From the NCBI GenBank assembly GCA_963774975.1, contig CAVZGY010000010.1, forward strand, positions 12,815 through 76,814: a stretch of 64,000 nt of DNA, given 5' to 3'. The notes under the pieces are model-generated. The model was given only the letters and a program-made list of their open reading frames with translations. It made no database searches and was not told the origin of the DNA. Positions 8,937 to 19,294 of the stretch are shown piece by piece. Every line of letters starts with the position of its first letter. Positions within the stretch are counted from its first letter, which is position 1. The position numbers were made by a program, and so were the translations under genes. The DNA is from an uncultured Chloroflexia bacterium (GTDB lineage Bacteria > Chloroflexota > Anaerolineae > Anaerolineales > Villigracilaceae).

Positions 8937-10079
8937 TTATTTAGCGGGAACGAGATGGCGCAGCTCGCCGGTATTTCTGGCAGCCTGCATGAAGGAACCG
9001 CGTGCACTGCGCTTGGCGCGGTAGAGTGCACCATCTGCAGCACGCAGCAGGTCCGCCGCGGAATAGGCGTGGAGGGGAAAAATGGCAATGCCGCCGGAGA
9101 TGTCGAACGCCTTTCGGGAGCCGTCGGGCATGTCGATGGCCAGATGACGCAGGGCACGCTGCAATTTTTGAGTCACCATCAGCGCCGCCTCGAAGGTGGC
9201 TTCCGGCATAATCAGGGTCAGCTCATCACCTCCATAACGGGCCAGGAAGTCGGTGGTACGAAGGTTGTTCGCCAGTGTGGAAAATGTCTGCTGAAGGACG
9301 CGGTCGCCGGTGGCGTGACCATAGGTATCGTTGACTGCTTTGAAACCGTCCAAATCCATCATCACCACAGCAAAGGGGTGGTTGAAGCGGCGGGCGCGCT
9401 GCACCTCGATCTCCAATCGTTCATCCAGGGCGCGGCGGTTGGGCAGGTTGGTCAGGATGTCGGTATACGCCTGGCGGCTGACCGCTTCATGCAGACGGGC
9501 ATTGATGATGGCAATCGCGGCCTGATCGGCCAGCAACTGCAACAACCGGAGTTCCTCGTGCGAGAAGGGTCCGGTATTGGAACGCGACAGGTTCATCACA
9601 CCGACGACGTGCGAGCTCATCTTGAGCGGGATGCCGATGATGGAGCCGATCCAGTCCTTGGGCGCTCCCTGGTAAAGCGGATGGTTCTGCATATCCTCCA
9701 CGATCACCGTTCCCGAGGTGTGTGCAACCGTGTAGGTCAGCCCGTTCGGGCGCGGGTCGGACATCATCACATTGCGCCTGCCGTCGCCGTCCAGCGATGT
9801 ACCAAACCTCAGTTTATCGTTCTGATAGAGGAAAATATGGACGGTGCGCGCATTTTGAACCAGTTTTATGGCCTCCAGCGCAACCGTGTAGAGGACATTT
9901 CCCAACTCCAGGGAGGAGGTCAGGTTGAGGCTGATGCGCTTAAGCGCATCCAGTTCCTGTGCCTGCTGCTGGACAATTTGCAGCAAACCCAGGAGCAGAC
10001 GCTCGTCATCCTTGCTCAAATTCCCCGAAAGCAACCGCTGGCGAGCGAGGAAGAGAGCCTCTGATTTGAAATCTGTCAT
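8937..10079 (-). CDS. GAF-domain diguanylate cyclase (GGDEF domain, signature reads GGDEL)
   Basis: N-terminal GAF followed by DLDGFKAVNDTYGHATGD ... RYGGDELTLI. Confidence 0.85.
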   Translation of the reverse strand: MTDFKSEALFLARQRLLSGNLSKDDERLLLGLLQIVQQQAQELDALKRISLNLTSSLELGNVLYTVALEAIKLVQNARTVHIFLYQNDKLRFGTSLDGDGRRNVMMSDPRPNGLTYTVAHTSGTVIVEDMQNHPLYQGAPKDWIGSIIGIPLKMSSHVVGVMNLSRSNTGPFSHEELRLLQLLADQAAIAIINARLHEAVSRQAYTDILTNLPNRRALDERLEIEVQRARRFNHPFAVVMMDLDGFKAVNDTYGHATGDRVLQQTFSTLANNLRTTDFLARYGGDELTLIMPEATFEAALMVTQKLQRALRHLAIDMPDGSRKAFDISGGIAIFPLHAYSAADLLRAADGALYRAKRSARGSFMQAARNTGELRHLVPAK

Positions 10080-10303
10080 CCACTCATCCCAAAGAGGATT
10101 GAAAAACCTACCCTATACTTTAGCATAAAACCTCTTTCAATCCAAGAGTCTCTTTATGGGGATTTACTGGACGGCGGGTGGTATATATCTGCCACCCCAC
10201 ATTTGGATGCCTTGCCGGTCGGCGCTTGCTCCCCCGAAGACTGTGCTAAAATCAAGGTGGACTTTGTACAGAAATTCACATCCCCTAACCGGAGAGGCTG
10301 CTC

Positions 10304-11092
10304 ATGCCTGAACCCATAATTTCCATTCCTCCTGTCACTCCTTTGAATCCGCGTAAGCGTGCCATTCTCGTCGGCGCGTCAAGCGGAGTTGGCGCCGCCC
10401 TGGCGCGCCGTCTCGCGCGCGAAGGTTACACCGTCGCCTGCCTTGCGCGTCGTGCTGAACTGCTCGAGACCTTATGCAATGAGATAAACCAGGCTTCCGG
10501 CGAAACGCGCGCCGTCCCTTACACCCATGACGTGACCAACACCAAGGTCATCTCCCAGTTGTTCAAAGATATTGTGACAGATTTCGGCGGGCTCGACCTG
10601 CTCATCTATTGCGCCGGCATCTCACTTCCTGTCGGGCTGAAAAACTACGATTTCGAAAAGGACCGGGCCACCACCGAAGCCAACTACGTTGGCGCATTGG
10701 CATGGCTCAACCCGGCGGCAGAGATGTTCCAGAGCCTGAAGAAGGGTCAGATCGTCGGCATCTCGTCGGTGGCGGGAGAACGCGGCAGGGTTGGGAATCC
10801 CTCCTACAATGCGTCCAAGGCGGCGCTCACCTGCTACCTCGAAGCGCTGCGCAACCGGCTTACACGGTACGGGGTTCACGTGCTGACCGTCAAACCGGGG
10901 TTCGTGCAGACGGACATGGTCAAGGATGCCAAAAAACTCTTCTGGGTGGTCTCTCCGGAGCAGGCGGCTGAAGATATCTGGAAGGGCATACGCAAGCGCA
11001 AGCAGGACATTTACGTTCCAGCCCGCTGGCGGCTGATGATGTTCATCATCCGCATTATCCCTTCCTTTATTTTCCGGAAAATGACATTCTAG
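10304..11092 (+). CDS. SDR-family oxidoreductase, DprE2-like
   Basis: GASSGVGAALARRL, SSVAGERG and YNASKAA motifs. The C-terminal tail IPSFIFRKMTF resembles the mycobacterial DprE2 end IPRSIFRKLPI (recalled from memory). Confidence 0.8.
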   Translation: MPEPIISIPPVTPLNPRKRAILVGASSGVGAALARRLAREGYTVACLARRAELLETLCNEINQASGETRAVPYTHDVTNTKVISQLFKDIVTDFGGLDLLIYCAGISLPVGLKNYDFEKDRATTEANYVGALAWLNPAAEMFQSLKKGQIVGISSVAGERGRVGNPSYNASKAALTCYLEALRNRLTRYGVHVLTVKPGFVQTDMVKDAKKLFWVVSPEQAAEDIWKGIRKRKQDIYVPARWRLMMFIIRIIPSFIFRKMTF

Positions 11093-11113
11093 ACTGGCAC
11101 AGCCAGGGGAATT

Positions 11114-12523
11114 ATGACTCAATCTTTTTCATACAAGAATCTTACTTTTATCGAAAACTTCGGGCATTCATTAAGTGCCCCTGCCTTTGTCCATCATCCC
11201 TCCAGCGTGGACGAAATCCACGAGGCCTTTCATCTCGCAAAAAAAGAGGGGATGACGGTCACATTGCGCGGCGCCGGACGCAGCTATAATGACGCCGCCC
11301 TCAACAGTCTCGGCATTGTGCTCGACCTGCAGGGGGTGAACAAAATCCTCGAGTGGAATCCCGAGACCGGAGTGGTGATCGCCGAGCCGGGAGTCACTCT
11401 CGCCAAGCTATGGCAGGTTGTGCTGCCCGATGGCTGGTGGCCGCCAGTCGTCTCCGGGACGATGACCACCACCCTGGGCGGCTGCCTGGGGATGAACATT
11501 CACGGCAAGAACAACTTCAAGAAGGGCACCATCGGGGAGCATGTGCTTGAGTTCACCGCGTTGCTGCCCACCGGCGCCCAAATCACCTGCAATCCGAAGA
11601 AGAACGGCGACCTGTTTCGTGCCATGATCGGGGGGATGGGCATGCTGGGTGTGTTCACGTCGATCACGCTTCAGATGAAGAAAATGCATTCGGGGCTGCT
11701 GCAGGTCCACGCGTATCCGGTGCACAACCTCGAGGAGCACCTGAAAGCCCTGCTGGACGGCGCACCGCAGCATGATTACATCGTCGGCTGGCTGGATGCC
11801 ACAGCGGGAGGCAAAGACCTGGGTCGAGGTCAGATCCATGCTGCGGATTATCTGCATGAGGGCGACGACCCCGATGCAAAAAAGACCATGCAGGTGGATT
11901 ACCAGACTCTTCCCGACCGGATGTTTGGAGTTTTCCCGAAATCCATCATTCATTACTTCATGGCTCCGTTTATGAACAATCTCGGGACGTGGGGAGTGAA
12001 CACGGCCAAATATGTGATGAGTCTTCGCAAGGGGATCCACCGGCAGTCGCATGCCGCCTTTCATTTCCTGCTCGATTATGTCCCCAATTGGGAGCTGGCC
12101 TACGGACGGGGCGGATTGATCCAGTACCAGTCCTTCCTGCCCAAAGAATCAGCCCAGGAGGCCTGGATGGAATTACTAACGCTTTCACATACGAAGCGGC
12201 TGCCCTCGTACCTGGGTGTGACCAAGCGCCACCGGCCCGACGACTTCCTGCTCAGCCACTCGGTGGATGGGTTCTCGCTGGCCATGGATTTCAAGGTCAC
12301 CCGTTCAAACAAGGAAAAACTGGCGGTCATGCTGCAAGATTTCGACCGGATCGTGCTCGGGGCTGGCGGACGGTTTTACTTCGCGAAGAACAGCGAGACT
12401 ACGCCGGAGACGGCCCGCCAATTCCTGGGGGAAGAGACCATCGAAAAATTCCGCGCGCTCAAACAGCGTACCGACCCGGACCACCTGCTTGAATCAGATC
12501 TTTTTCGGCGGGTATTTGGATAA
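11114..12523 (+). CDS. FAD-binding oxidoreductase, DprE1-like
   Basis: RGAGRSYNDAA, GGCLGMNIHGKN, FRAMIGGMGMLGV and the C-terminal GGRFYFAKNSETTPE are collinear with DprE1 as I recall it. Confidence 0.8.
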   Translation: MTQSFSYKNLTFIENFGHSLSAPAFVHHPSSVDEIHEAFHLAKKEGMTVTLRGAGRSYNDAALNSLGIVLDLQGVNKILEWNPETGVVIAEPGVTLAKLWQVVLPDGWWPPVVSGTMTTTLGGCLGMNIHGKNNFKKGTIGEHVLEFTALLPTGAQITCNPKKNGDLFRAMIGGMGMLGVFTSITLQMKKMHSGLLQVHAYPVHNLEEHLKALLDGAPQHDYIVGWLDATAGGKDLGRGQIHAADYLHEGDDPDAKKTMQVDYQTLPDRMFGVFPKSIIHYFMAPFMNNLGTWGVNTAKYVMSLRKGIHRQSHAAFHFLLDYVPNWELAYGRGGLIQYQSFLPKESAQEAWMELLTLSHTKRLPSYLGVTKRHRPDDFLLSHSVDGFSLAMDFKVTRSNKEKLAVMLQDFDRIVLGAGGRFYFAKNSETTPETARQFLGEETIEKFRALKQRTDPDHLLESDLFRRVFG

Positions 12524-12527
12524 TGCC

Positions 12528-12561
12528 AAGGGCGGCCAAATTGGCCGCCCTTAATTTTTTT
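12528..12561. terminator. bidirectional intrinsic terminator between convergent genes
   Basis: AAGGGCGGCCAA-a-TTGGCCGCCCTT followed by AATTTTTTTA. Confidence 0.8.
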
Positions 12562-12577
12562 ATCTGGCGTACCCTAA

Positions 12578-13702
12578 TTATTTGGAAACAATTTCCTTCG
12601 TCCAGTAACCCACCTGCGGTTCCTCTCCAGGATAGGGATCCTGACGATTAATCTTTCGCAACACGTACCGCAACACTTCTCCCGCAGTGCCCAGGAGGGG
12701 AATCACCAGGATGACCCCGACCACTCCCCACAGCGCTGCAGCCACTACCAATCCAAGGATCACGAGGAACACAGGCATGTGAACCGCCTTCCCAGCCAGC
12801 TTGGGAAAAATTACCAGGCGGATATACTGATTCACAAGCGTATTAACCCCCCACACCAGAAGGGTCAGGATTATCGGGTCAAGCGTGAGATATGAAGAAC
12901 CCTGTGTATAGGTTACCAAAATGATCAAGATATATGAAATTAATGGACCGAAGGTCGGGATTAAATTTAGAAACCCGGTAATTATTCCCAATAAACCTGC
13001 GTAAGGGATTCCAAAAAGGAAGAGTTCCAGCGCGGTGGTCGTGCCGACGATGAACGACGTGATCACCGTGGATCGTAACCAGCCATTCCATACCGCAGAC
13101 AATCTGTCAGCCAGGATGCCGAATTCACGCTGCGAGACCTCTGAAAGGGATTGAAATGACCTCGCAAGATTCGCCGGCATCTCCAGAATAAACAAAAAAG
13201 CCAGGAAGAAGGAGGTGGCTGTAAGCGCTATGAATTGCAATCCCGCGGACATTTGTTCTTCGAAGGATAAAACCCCTTTTCGGAGAACCTCAGTAATCCA
13301 TTGGACACTTTCTGGATACTGTGCGGTGAGGGATTGAATAGCCGGAATTAATTCATCGTTCCCTTGCAAATCAGCCAGCATCGATTGTGTATTTGTAACA
13401 AACCATTGGATCACATTGCCAAAAAGAAGGAAAAGGATGACCGCAATCGGGATTATGATTACAAACACAGCAGCTGTGCGTGAGAGCTTTGTCTTTGTTT
13501 GCAGTTTGTTAATCGGGTAGGATAGAATAAGGATAAAAATACCGGTGATCCCCAGCATGTTAAACATTGGCAGCATCGTCGATATCAGGAGAAGCACACC
13601 CAGCAATAAAATGACGATGGCTGCCTGACGGGTAAACTGACTCCATTCGCCGGGCGGGGGAGGCGGGGGCGGTTGATGTGGTTGAAGTTCGATTTCTTTC
13701 AT
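12578..13702 (-). CDS. AI-2E family transporter (PerM/YhhT-like)
   Basis: 374 aa, multi-TM. Family-typical segment GLLGIITGFLNLIPTFGP. Confidence 0.8.
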   Translation of the reverse strand: MKEIELQPHQPPPPPPPGEWSQFTRQAAIVILLLGVLLLISTMLPMFNMLGITGIFILILSYPINKLQTKTKLSRTAAVFVIIIPIAVILFLLFGNVIQWFVTNTQSMLADLQGNDELIPAIQSLTAQYPESVQWITEVLRKGVLSFEEQMSAGLQFIALTATSFFLAFLFILEMPANLARSFQSLSEVSQREFGILADRLSAVWNGWLRSTVITSFIVGTTTALELFLFGIPYAGLLGIITGFLNLIPTFGPLISYILIILVTYTQGSSYLTLDPIILTLLVWGVNTLVNQYIRLVIFPKLAGKAVHMPVFLVILGLVVAAALWGVVGVILVIPLLGTAGEVLRYVLRKINRQDPYPGEEPQVGYWTKEIVSK

Positions 13703-13872
13703 GGGTTCTCTCCTATTACCGACTCACCTGCTTATGATCGTCCCCCATGATTTTATGTGACATGACTCAATAAAAATGGGTTTTCTGCCTGGTGGATAGA
13801 GTTAATTATAATGGAATTGTTCTTCTCATGTTGTTTATCATTGTTGGGAAATGGAAGAGATAAACCCTGTTC

Positions 13873-14613
13873 ATGAAAACGCCCTGCGACGTTATTAGTC
13901 TCGGACTGATCCCCTATGATGACGCCTGGGCACTCCAGGATCAATTCGCCGCGGAGATTGCGCGCGGGGAACGACCTGCCACGCTGCTCCTGCTGGAGCA
14001 TCCGCACATCTATACCTTCGGTCGGCGCGGGCAGGAGAATAACCTGCTGCTGGACGATCGTCAACTCAAAGAGCGCGGGTTGACCATCCGCTGGGTGGAC
14101 CGCGGCGGCGATGTGACCTACCACGGACCCGGGCAGCTGGTCGGTTATCCAGTGATTCCGCTCGGAAAACTGGACCAGAACGCACGCCTGCCGGAGGTCG
14201 ATTACACCGGGTACCTGCGCCGGCTGGAGAAAATGCTCATCGTTTCGCTGGCAGGTTTCGGTCTTGCAGTTGGCCAAGTTCCAGGTCTGACCGGCGTGTG
14301 GATCCAACCCGATGTGTATTCACGCTGCCCGCGCTGCCGCCCCGAAGACCGCCAGAAACCTGCCAAGATCGCCGCCATTGGCGTCAAAGTGGATGCGAAC
14401 GGGATCTCACGCCACGGATTCGCGCTCAATGTGAACCCCGACATGAGCTACTTTGACGGCATTCGTCCCTGCGGATTGACTGAACCGGTGGTGAGCCTGG
14501 CTGACCTGCGCGACCCCGTTCCGCCAATGAAAGATGTGAAACAGGCTGTCATCGAAGCTTTCAGCAGTGTTTTTGAAGCAGAGATGTCCCGGCAGGACGA
14601 TTTTTCTGTTTGA
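13873..14613 (+). CDS. lipB: lipoyl(octanoyl) transferase LipB
   Basis: LLLLEHPHIYTFGRRG, DRGGDVTYHGPGQLVGYP and KIAAIGVKV motifs. Confidence 0.9.
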   Translation: MKTPCDVISLGLIPYDDAWALQDQFAAEIARGERPATLLLLEHPHIYTFGRRGQENNLLLDDRQLKERGLTIRWVDRGGDVTYHGPGQLVGYPVIPLGKLDQNARLPEVDYTGYLRRLEKMLIVSLAGFGLAVGQVPGLTGVWIQPDVYSRCPRCRPEDRQKPAKIAAIGVKVDANGISRHGFALNVNPDMSYFDGIRPCGLTEPVVSLADLRDPVPPMKDVKQAVIEAFSSVFEAEMSRQDDFSV

Positions 14614-14674
14614 CTTTTTGCGGGTTAATCGGTACACTATATTTTAGTTTTTACGCCACGCTTTGGAGGAGTCC

Positions 14675-15277
14675 ATGCCAGAATTTCAACTTGTCATGCG
14701 CGCCGGTCCCACACCGGGCAAAGCCTTCCCCGTCACTGGCAATTCGTTCACCATCGGACGGGAACCGGGCAACGGTATTGTCATCAACGATCCGGAAATC
14801 TCCCGCAAGCATTCCCGCATGTGGCTGCAGGGAAGCACCTACTCGATCGAAGACCTCGGCTCGACCAACGGGACTTTCGTTAATGGGGTACGCCTGAGTG
14901 CGCCTCATTCCCTGCGCCCAGGTGAGGTGGTCGCACTGGGTGAACAGATTTCCCTCGTGTTCGAAGCGGTGGTCAGCGACCCGAACGCGACCGTGATGCA
15001 CGCCGCCAAGCCTGAGATCCCGGCGCCTGCTCCGGTATCCCAGCCGATTTCGCAACCGATCCCCGCCTATGCAGGTCAGGTGCCTGTCGGCCCCGAGCCT
15101 GTCACGCCTGAAAAGAAGAAGCGCTCTCCAGTCATGGCGGTTGTCATCGCGCTGCTGATCATCTTCTTGTGCATTTTCTGTTTGTGCGTGGGGTTCTTCT
15201 GGTGGGTGGATTCAAGCAGCAGCTGGTGCCAGGTCCTTCCCTTCCTGGTTCCCTTGTTCGGCGGAGCCTGCCCGTAA
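14675..15277 (+). CDS. FHA-domain protein with Pro-rich linker and C-terminal TM/Cys-rich tail
   Basis: FTIGREPGN..ISRKHSRM..DLGSTNGTFVNG. ATG at 14675 follows GGAGGAG. Confidence 0.85.
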   Translation: MPEFQLVMRAGPTPGKAFPVTGNSFTIGREPGNGIVINDPEISRKHSRMWLQGSTYSIEDLGSTNGTFVNGVRLSAPHSLRPGEVVALGEQISLVFEAVVSDPNATVMHAAKPEIPAPAPVSQPISQPIPAYAGQVPVGPEPVTPEKKKRSPVMAVVIALLIIFLCIFCLCVGFFWWVDSSSSWCQVLPFLVPLFGGACP

Positions 15278-15296
15278 TTTTCCCAATGGTACCTCC

Positions 15297-15330
15297 CCCC
15301 TCTTCAGGAAACTGGAGAGGGGTTTTTATT
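15297..15330. terminator. intrinsic terminator between convergent genes
   Basis: CCCCTCTTCAGG-aaa-CTGGAGAGGGG followed by TTTTTATTT. Confidence 0.75.
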
Positions 15331-16748
15331 TGGCATTCTCCAGAATGTCCAGCATGACGTTGAGCGCCTGAAGTCTTTGTGCGGTATCCGTGTAATCGCC
15401 TGACCGTAACGCAATATCCGCTTCGACCAGCAGGTTCTCGAGATACTTGTTGAGGATGCCGTCCGGCCGGCGCAGGTAATCAGCGGTGATGTTCTTTTGC
15501 CGCATGACGGATGCGTCTGCCAGCCATGCGGTCTGGAAATATGCCGACGGGTCGAACATCTGCTGATAGCGCCGGACCGTATCGTAGAACTGGACGGACA
15601 ATCGGACATCCTCGATATGCGACAGGTCCACCGGCTGCTCGTTTAGGTGGGCGAGGAAATCTTCCTCCAGCTGGTCCAGGGTCAGCCCAAAATGATTCTG
15701 CAACGCCAGATCAATCGCATCGGATTGAAGGCCGCTGGGAGCAGGATGGATGTCACGGTAGAAGGCATTGAAGGCATCCCAACCATAATTCTCCACAAGG
15801 TACTGCACCAGCGCGCCGGCTTCGAGATATCCAATCTCATGCTGGGACGGGTAAAAGGAATCCGCCAGCGGGCGCAGGGGGATGTACCAGTTCAGGCTGA
15901 GCAGCGCCGCCGCACGAGGGATGAGCGGCTCGGGCTTGAAATGTCCGCCTGTCTGGTAGACTGCCAATCCCTCGAGCAGGATGGTGGGACGCAGGTCGCC
16001 GCCCAGTGTTCGATCCAGCCAGTGAACTGATTCATGATTGAATACCATATCAAACGTACTGCCGGCATAATTGCGGTCGAGATAGGAAACATAGATCGCG
16101 CCATTGGTGAAACCCCCATGACCGAGGGTGCGCGACATGATCACCACAGGGATTTTCTCTTTCTCAGGTCCGGGCATCAAAAGGGAGAGGTTATCAGCGA
16201 TTGCATCTGCGGTTTCTCCCAATGCTTCAATATCCCGGGCTGCATCTGTCCCCGAGATGTAATTGATTGTGCAACATTGAGTGACGACCGATTCCCAGCG
16301 AGCCTCCCGCTCAGAGACAGGGAGAGCATTTCGGGGGTACAGGTGGATGGCTTGCTGCCAGGAGGGACCATCGGGAGTGACGGAAAAGGAAAGCAAGTGG
16401 ACGCCCGGATTGAGCCCGGACGTATCCCAAACCCACCAGAACGTTGCCTGCTGGCGTCCGGCAATCCCATAGGGACTGAAATCCGCTGTGCCGATCAACT
16501 GGTCGCCAAGCCGGACCTCGACCTTTCTCCCATCGCGTATCAAAACCTGTCGGGGTGATGACTTCAAAGCTGACCTGGTCACCCACGTAGAGCGGTCCGT
16601 CCGGGTGGACATGCAGCCGGAATTGAGGGTCAGGGGTGGGTGACGGGACCGGCGAAAGAGTCGGCGCAACCGTCTTAACAACAGCATCCCCGGCAGGGGT
16701 GCACGCAGCCAACAGGATAAAGGTCAGGACGAGCAGGAGACGGCGCAT
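15326..16748 (-). CDS. lipoprotein, MA-clan-like zinc metallopeptidase (HESVH); one frame break near 16551-16560
   Basis: Lipobox LLAAC at the N-terminus (ORF 16311..16748) and an HExxH motif in ORF 15326..16687. The two frames join at a GGGG/CCCC run. Confidence 0.7.
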
Positions 16749-16811
16749 GGGCGCAATTATACTAGTTGTAAAATATGAGATGTACCGCTAGAATGTAAGC
16801 TGAGAGGACAA

Positions 16812-18020
16812 ATGGATCAAAGTATAAAACCTGCTTCGCCAAAGTGGGGCAGGACCACGAAAATTATTGTGGCGGTGAGCCTGCTTGCGCTAACAGTGGC
16901 GGTAATTATCCGTTTTCAGGAGCTCTTCCCGCCGCTGATCATGGCGCTTATTATTGCTTATCTTTTTTACCCGACCGCATCCTTTCTGGAACGGAGGGCG
17001 CGCATGCCGTGGGGGCTCTCGGTTACGCTGATTTACCTGGTGCTTGCGCTGATTATCATTGGCTTGCTGGCGCTGGGGGGATTTGAGATAGTCTCCCAGA
17101 TCCAGAGCCTCATCGATGCGATCGAATCCCTGCTGGACCAGCTCCCGGTGCTTTTGGATTCTCTCAAGTTGCAGGTCATCGTCATCGGCCCCTACACGTA
17201 TGACCTGAGCAGCCTCGGCATCGACCTGAGCGGACTGAGCGACCAGCTCATTAATTCGACGCAAGCCGTGTTGAGGCAAACTGGCACGGTCCTCGGCTCC
17301 GTGGCGAGCAGCGCCATCAGCACCATAGGTTGGCTGCTCTTCATTTTATTTGTCTCCTACTTCCTTTTGATCGAAAGCGGCGGGTTGCGCGAAAGAATCT
17401 TCTCCTACGATTTTCGCGATTACAACGAGGATGCCAGAAGGTTTACTGAACGGCTGGGCAACATCTGGAATGCCTTCCTGCGCGGGCAGTTGATCATGTT
17501 TTTCCTCGCGATCTTCATTTACACAATTGTGTTGGGAATTCTGGGTATTCGCTTCGCCTTTGGGCTGGCCTTGATCGCGGGTCTGGCACGATTCCTGCCC
17601 TATGTGGGTACGACCATCAACTGGATCCTGTTGGGATTGATTGCTTACTTTCAAGATTACAAGCTATTCGGCATGTCCCCCCTAGCGTATACAGCTATGG
17701 TGATCATTATCGCCATCGTTATTGACTATATTTTGGATTATGCAGTGTCCACGCGCATCATGTCGCACACGCTGAAAGTCCACTCGGCAGCCATCCTGAT
17801 TGCGGTGATCGTCGCAGCGGACTTGCTAGGTCTTCTGGGAGTGGTCATCGCAGCGCCTATTTTGGCCACCGTGCAGCTGGCTTACACCTACATCTTCCGC
17901 AAGTTGAACGACGAGGACCCCTGGCCGCCCGAGGAGCACCAAGAGTCCTATTCGCTGCGAAAACAATTCAAGGACTGGCTGGGCAAGATACGCCCGCCTC
18001 GTAAAAAACCCGCCTCATAA
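16812..18020 (+). CDS. AI-2E family transporter (second paralogue)
   Basis: 402 aa, multi-TM, same family architecture as 12578..13702. Confidence 0.8.
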   Translation: MDQSIKPASPKWGRTTKIIVAVSLLALTVAVIIRFQELFPPLIMALIIAYLFYPTASFLERRARMPWGLSVTLIYLVLALIIIGLLALGGFEIVSQIQSLIDAIESLLDQLPVLLDSLKLQVIVIGPYTYDLSSLGIDLSGLSDQLINSTQAVLRQTGTVLGSVASSAISTIGWLLFILFVSYFLLIESGGLRERIFSYDFRDYNEDARRFTERLGNIWNAFLRGQLIMFFLAIFIYTIVLGILGIRFAFGLALIAGLARFLPYVGTTINWILLGLIAYFQDYKLFGMSPLAYTAMVIIIAIVIDYILDYAVSTRIMSHTLKVHSAAILIAVIVAADLLGLLGVVIAAPILATVQLAYTYIFRKLNDEDPWPPEEHQESYSLRKQFKDWLGKIRPPRKKPAS

Positions 18021-18070
18021 ACCAGCCGGCTCTGATTTATAATTTGTCCATTCACCCCATAGGAGGACAC

Positions 18071-18256
18071 ATGTCCAAGAACGCACCTGAACCCAAGACC
18101 GATACACTGGCTGAAACCGAGAACTATCTGGTTTGGAGCGCTGAAGAACCGGACGGCGAGACAACTTATCATGTTGAGCTTGGAAACCTGACCGTTCATT
18201 TCTTCCGTGAGGAGTGGGACGAATTCCTCACCCTGGTGCGGTCGCTGGGCAAGTAA
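18071..18256 (+). CDS. small hypothetical protein (61 aa)
   Basis: ATG at 18071 follows AGGAGGA, and a terminator hairpin lies downstream. I recognise no family. Confidence 0.55.
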   Translation: MSKNAPEPKTDTLAETENYLVWSAEEPDGETTYHVELGNLTVHFFREEWDEFLTLVRSLGK

Positions 18257-18295
18257 ACACGCAACGGAGAGGGGCGCAGAAAACTGCGCCCCTTT

Positions 18296-19294
18296 ATGAT
18301 TCCCATGCCAAATTCAATTGTTGACATTCCCGGGATCGAAGTCGGTCACGCCACGGACCTGGATGCACTGACCGGCTGTACTGTTATCCTGTGTCGGAAA
18401 GGCGCGGTCGGCGGTGTGGACGTACGCGGAGGCGCACCCGGCACCCGGGAGACCGACCTGCTTAACCCGCTCAACCTGGTCGAGAAGGTGCATGCCGTCG
18501 TGCTGGCAGGTGGATCAGCCTATGGGCTGGATGCCGCCAGCGGGGTGATGCGCTACCTCGAGGAACAAGGCATCGGCTTCGACACGGGTGCAGCGAAAGT
18601 ACCCATCGTTCCTGCTGCGATTCTTTACGACCTCGCCCTCGGCAGCGCCAAAGTCCGCCCGGACGCGGACATGGGTTATCGCGCTGCAGAGTCCGCTTCG
18701 GCCGAGTCATGCCCGGAGGGGAACGTCGGCGCGGGGACAGGCGCCACGGTGGGGAAAATCTTCGGGATGAAGAGTGCGATGAAGAGCGGATTGGGATCGT
18801 CCTGCGTGGACGCGGGAGGCGGTGTGCTGGTCGGAGCTCTGGTGGCGGTCAATGCCTTTGGGGATGTGGTCGATCCACATACCGGAGACATCCTCGTCGG
18901 CGCGCGCTCAACCCAGCTCGGTCCGCTCCATTTGGGGGCGGAGGGTTACTTCGCCAACACACTGGAGACGATGCGCACCTTCACGGGGCGTACCGTGATG
19001 GGGTTCGCAACAAAATCCAACACGGTCATCGGCGTGGTGGCTACCAACGCGCATCTGGAAAAAGTCGGGGCAGCCAAGGTTGCCCAGATGGCGCACGATG
19101 GACTGGCGAGAGTCATCCGCCCGGCTCATACCATGCTGGACGGTGACACGATCTTCGCCCTCTCCACCGGAAATAAAAACGCCGACGTGACGACGGTCGG
19201 CGCATTTGCAGCGGAAGCGATGACGGAAGCAATTCTCAGGGCGGTGCAGGCGGCGGAGTCTGCCGGTGGTCTGCCGGGGCGGAAGACCGGCTAG
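18296..19294 (+). CDS. P1/S58 family peptidase (DmpA-like aminopeptidase)
   Basis: IPGIEVGHATD..TGCTVILC..GGVDVRGGAPGTRETDLL pattern. Confidence 0.8.
   Translation: MIPMPNSIVDIPGIEVGHATDLDALTGCTVILCRKGAVGGVDVRGGAPGTRETDLLNPLNLVEKVHAVVLAGGSAYGLDAASGVMRYLEEQGIGFDTGAAKVPIVPAAILYDLALGSAKVRPDADMGYRAAESASAESCPEGNVGAGTGATVGKIFGMKSAMKSGLGSSCVDAGGGVLVGALVAVNAFGDVVDPHTGDILVGARSTQLGPLHLGAEGYFANTLETMRTFTGRTVMGFATKSNTVIGVVATNAHLEKVGAAKVAQMAHDGLARVIRPAHTMLDGDTIFALSTGNKNADVTTVGAFAAEAMTEAILRAVQAAESAGGLPGRKTG

Noticed and set aside
8937-10079. GGDEL in place of GGDEF as a sign of a degenerate, inactive cyclase
   Set aside because: The catalytic GGDE residues and the upstream D-x-LDGFK metal and substrate residues are intact. 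The F-to-L change alone is not evidence of inactivity.
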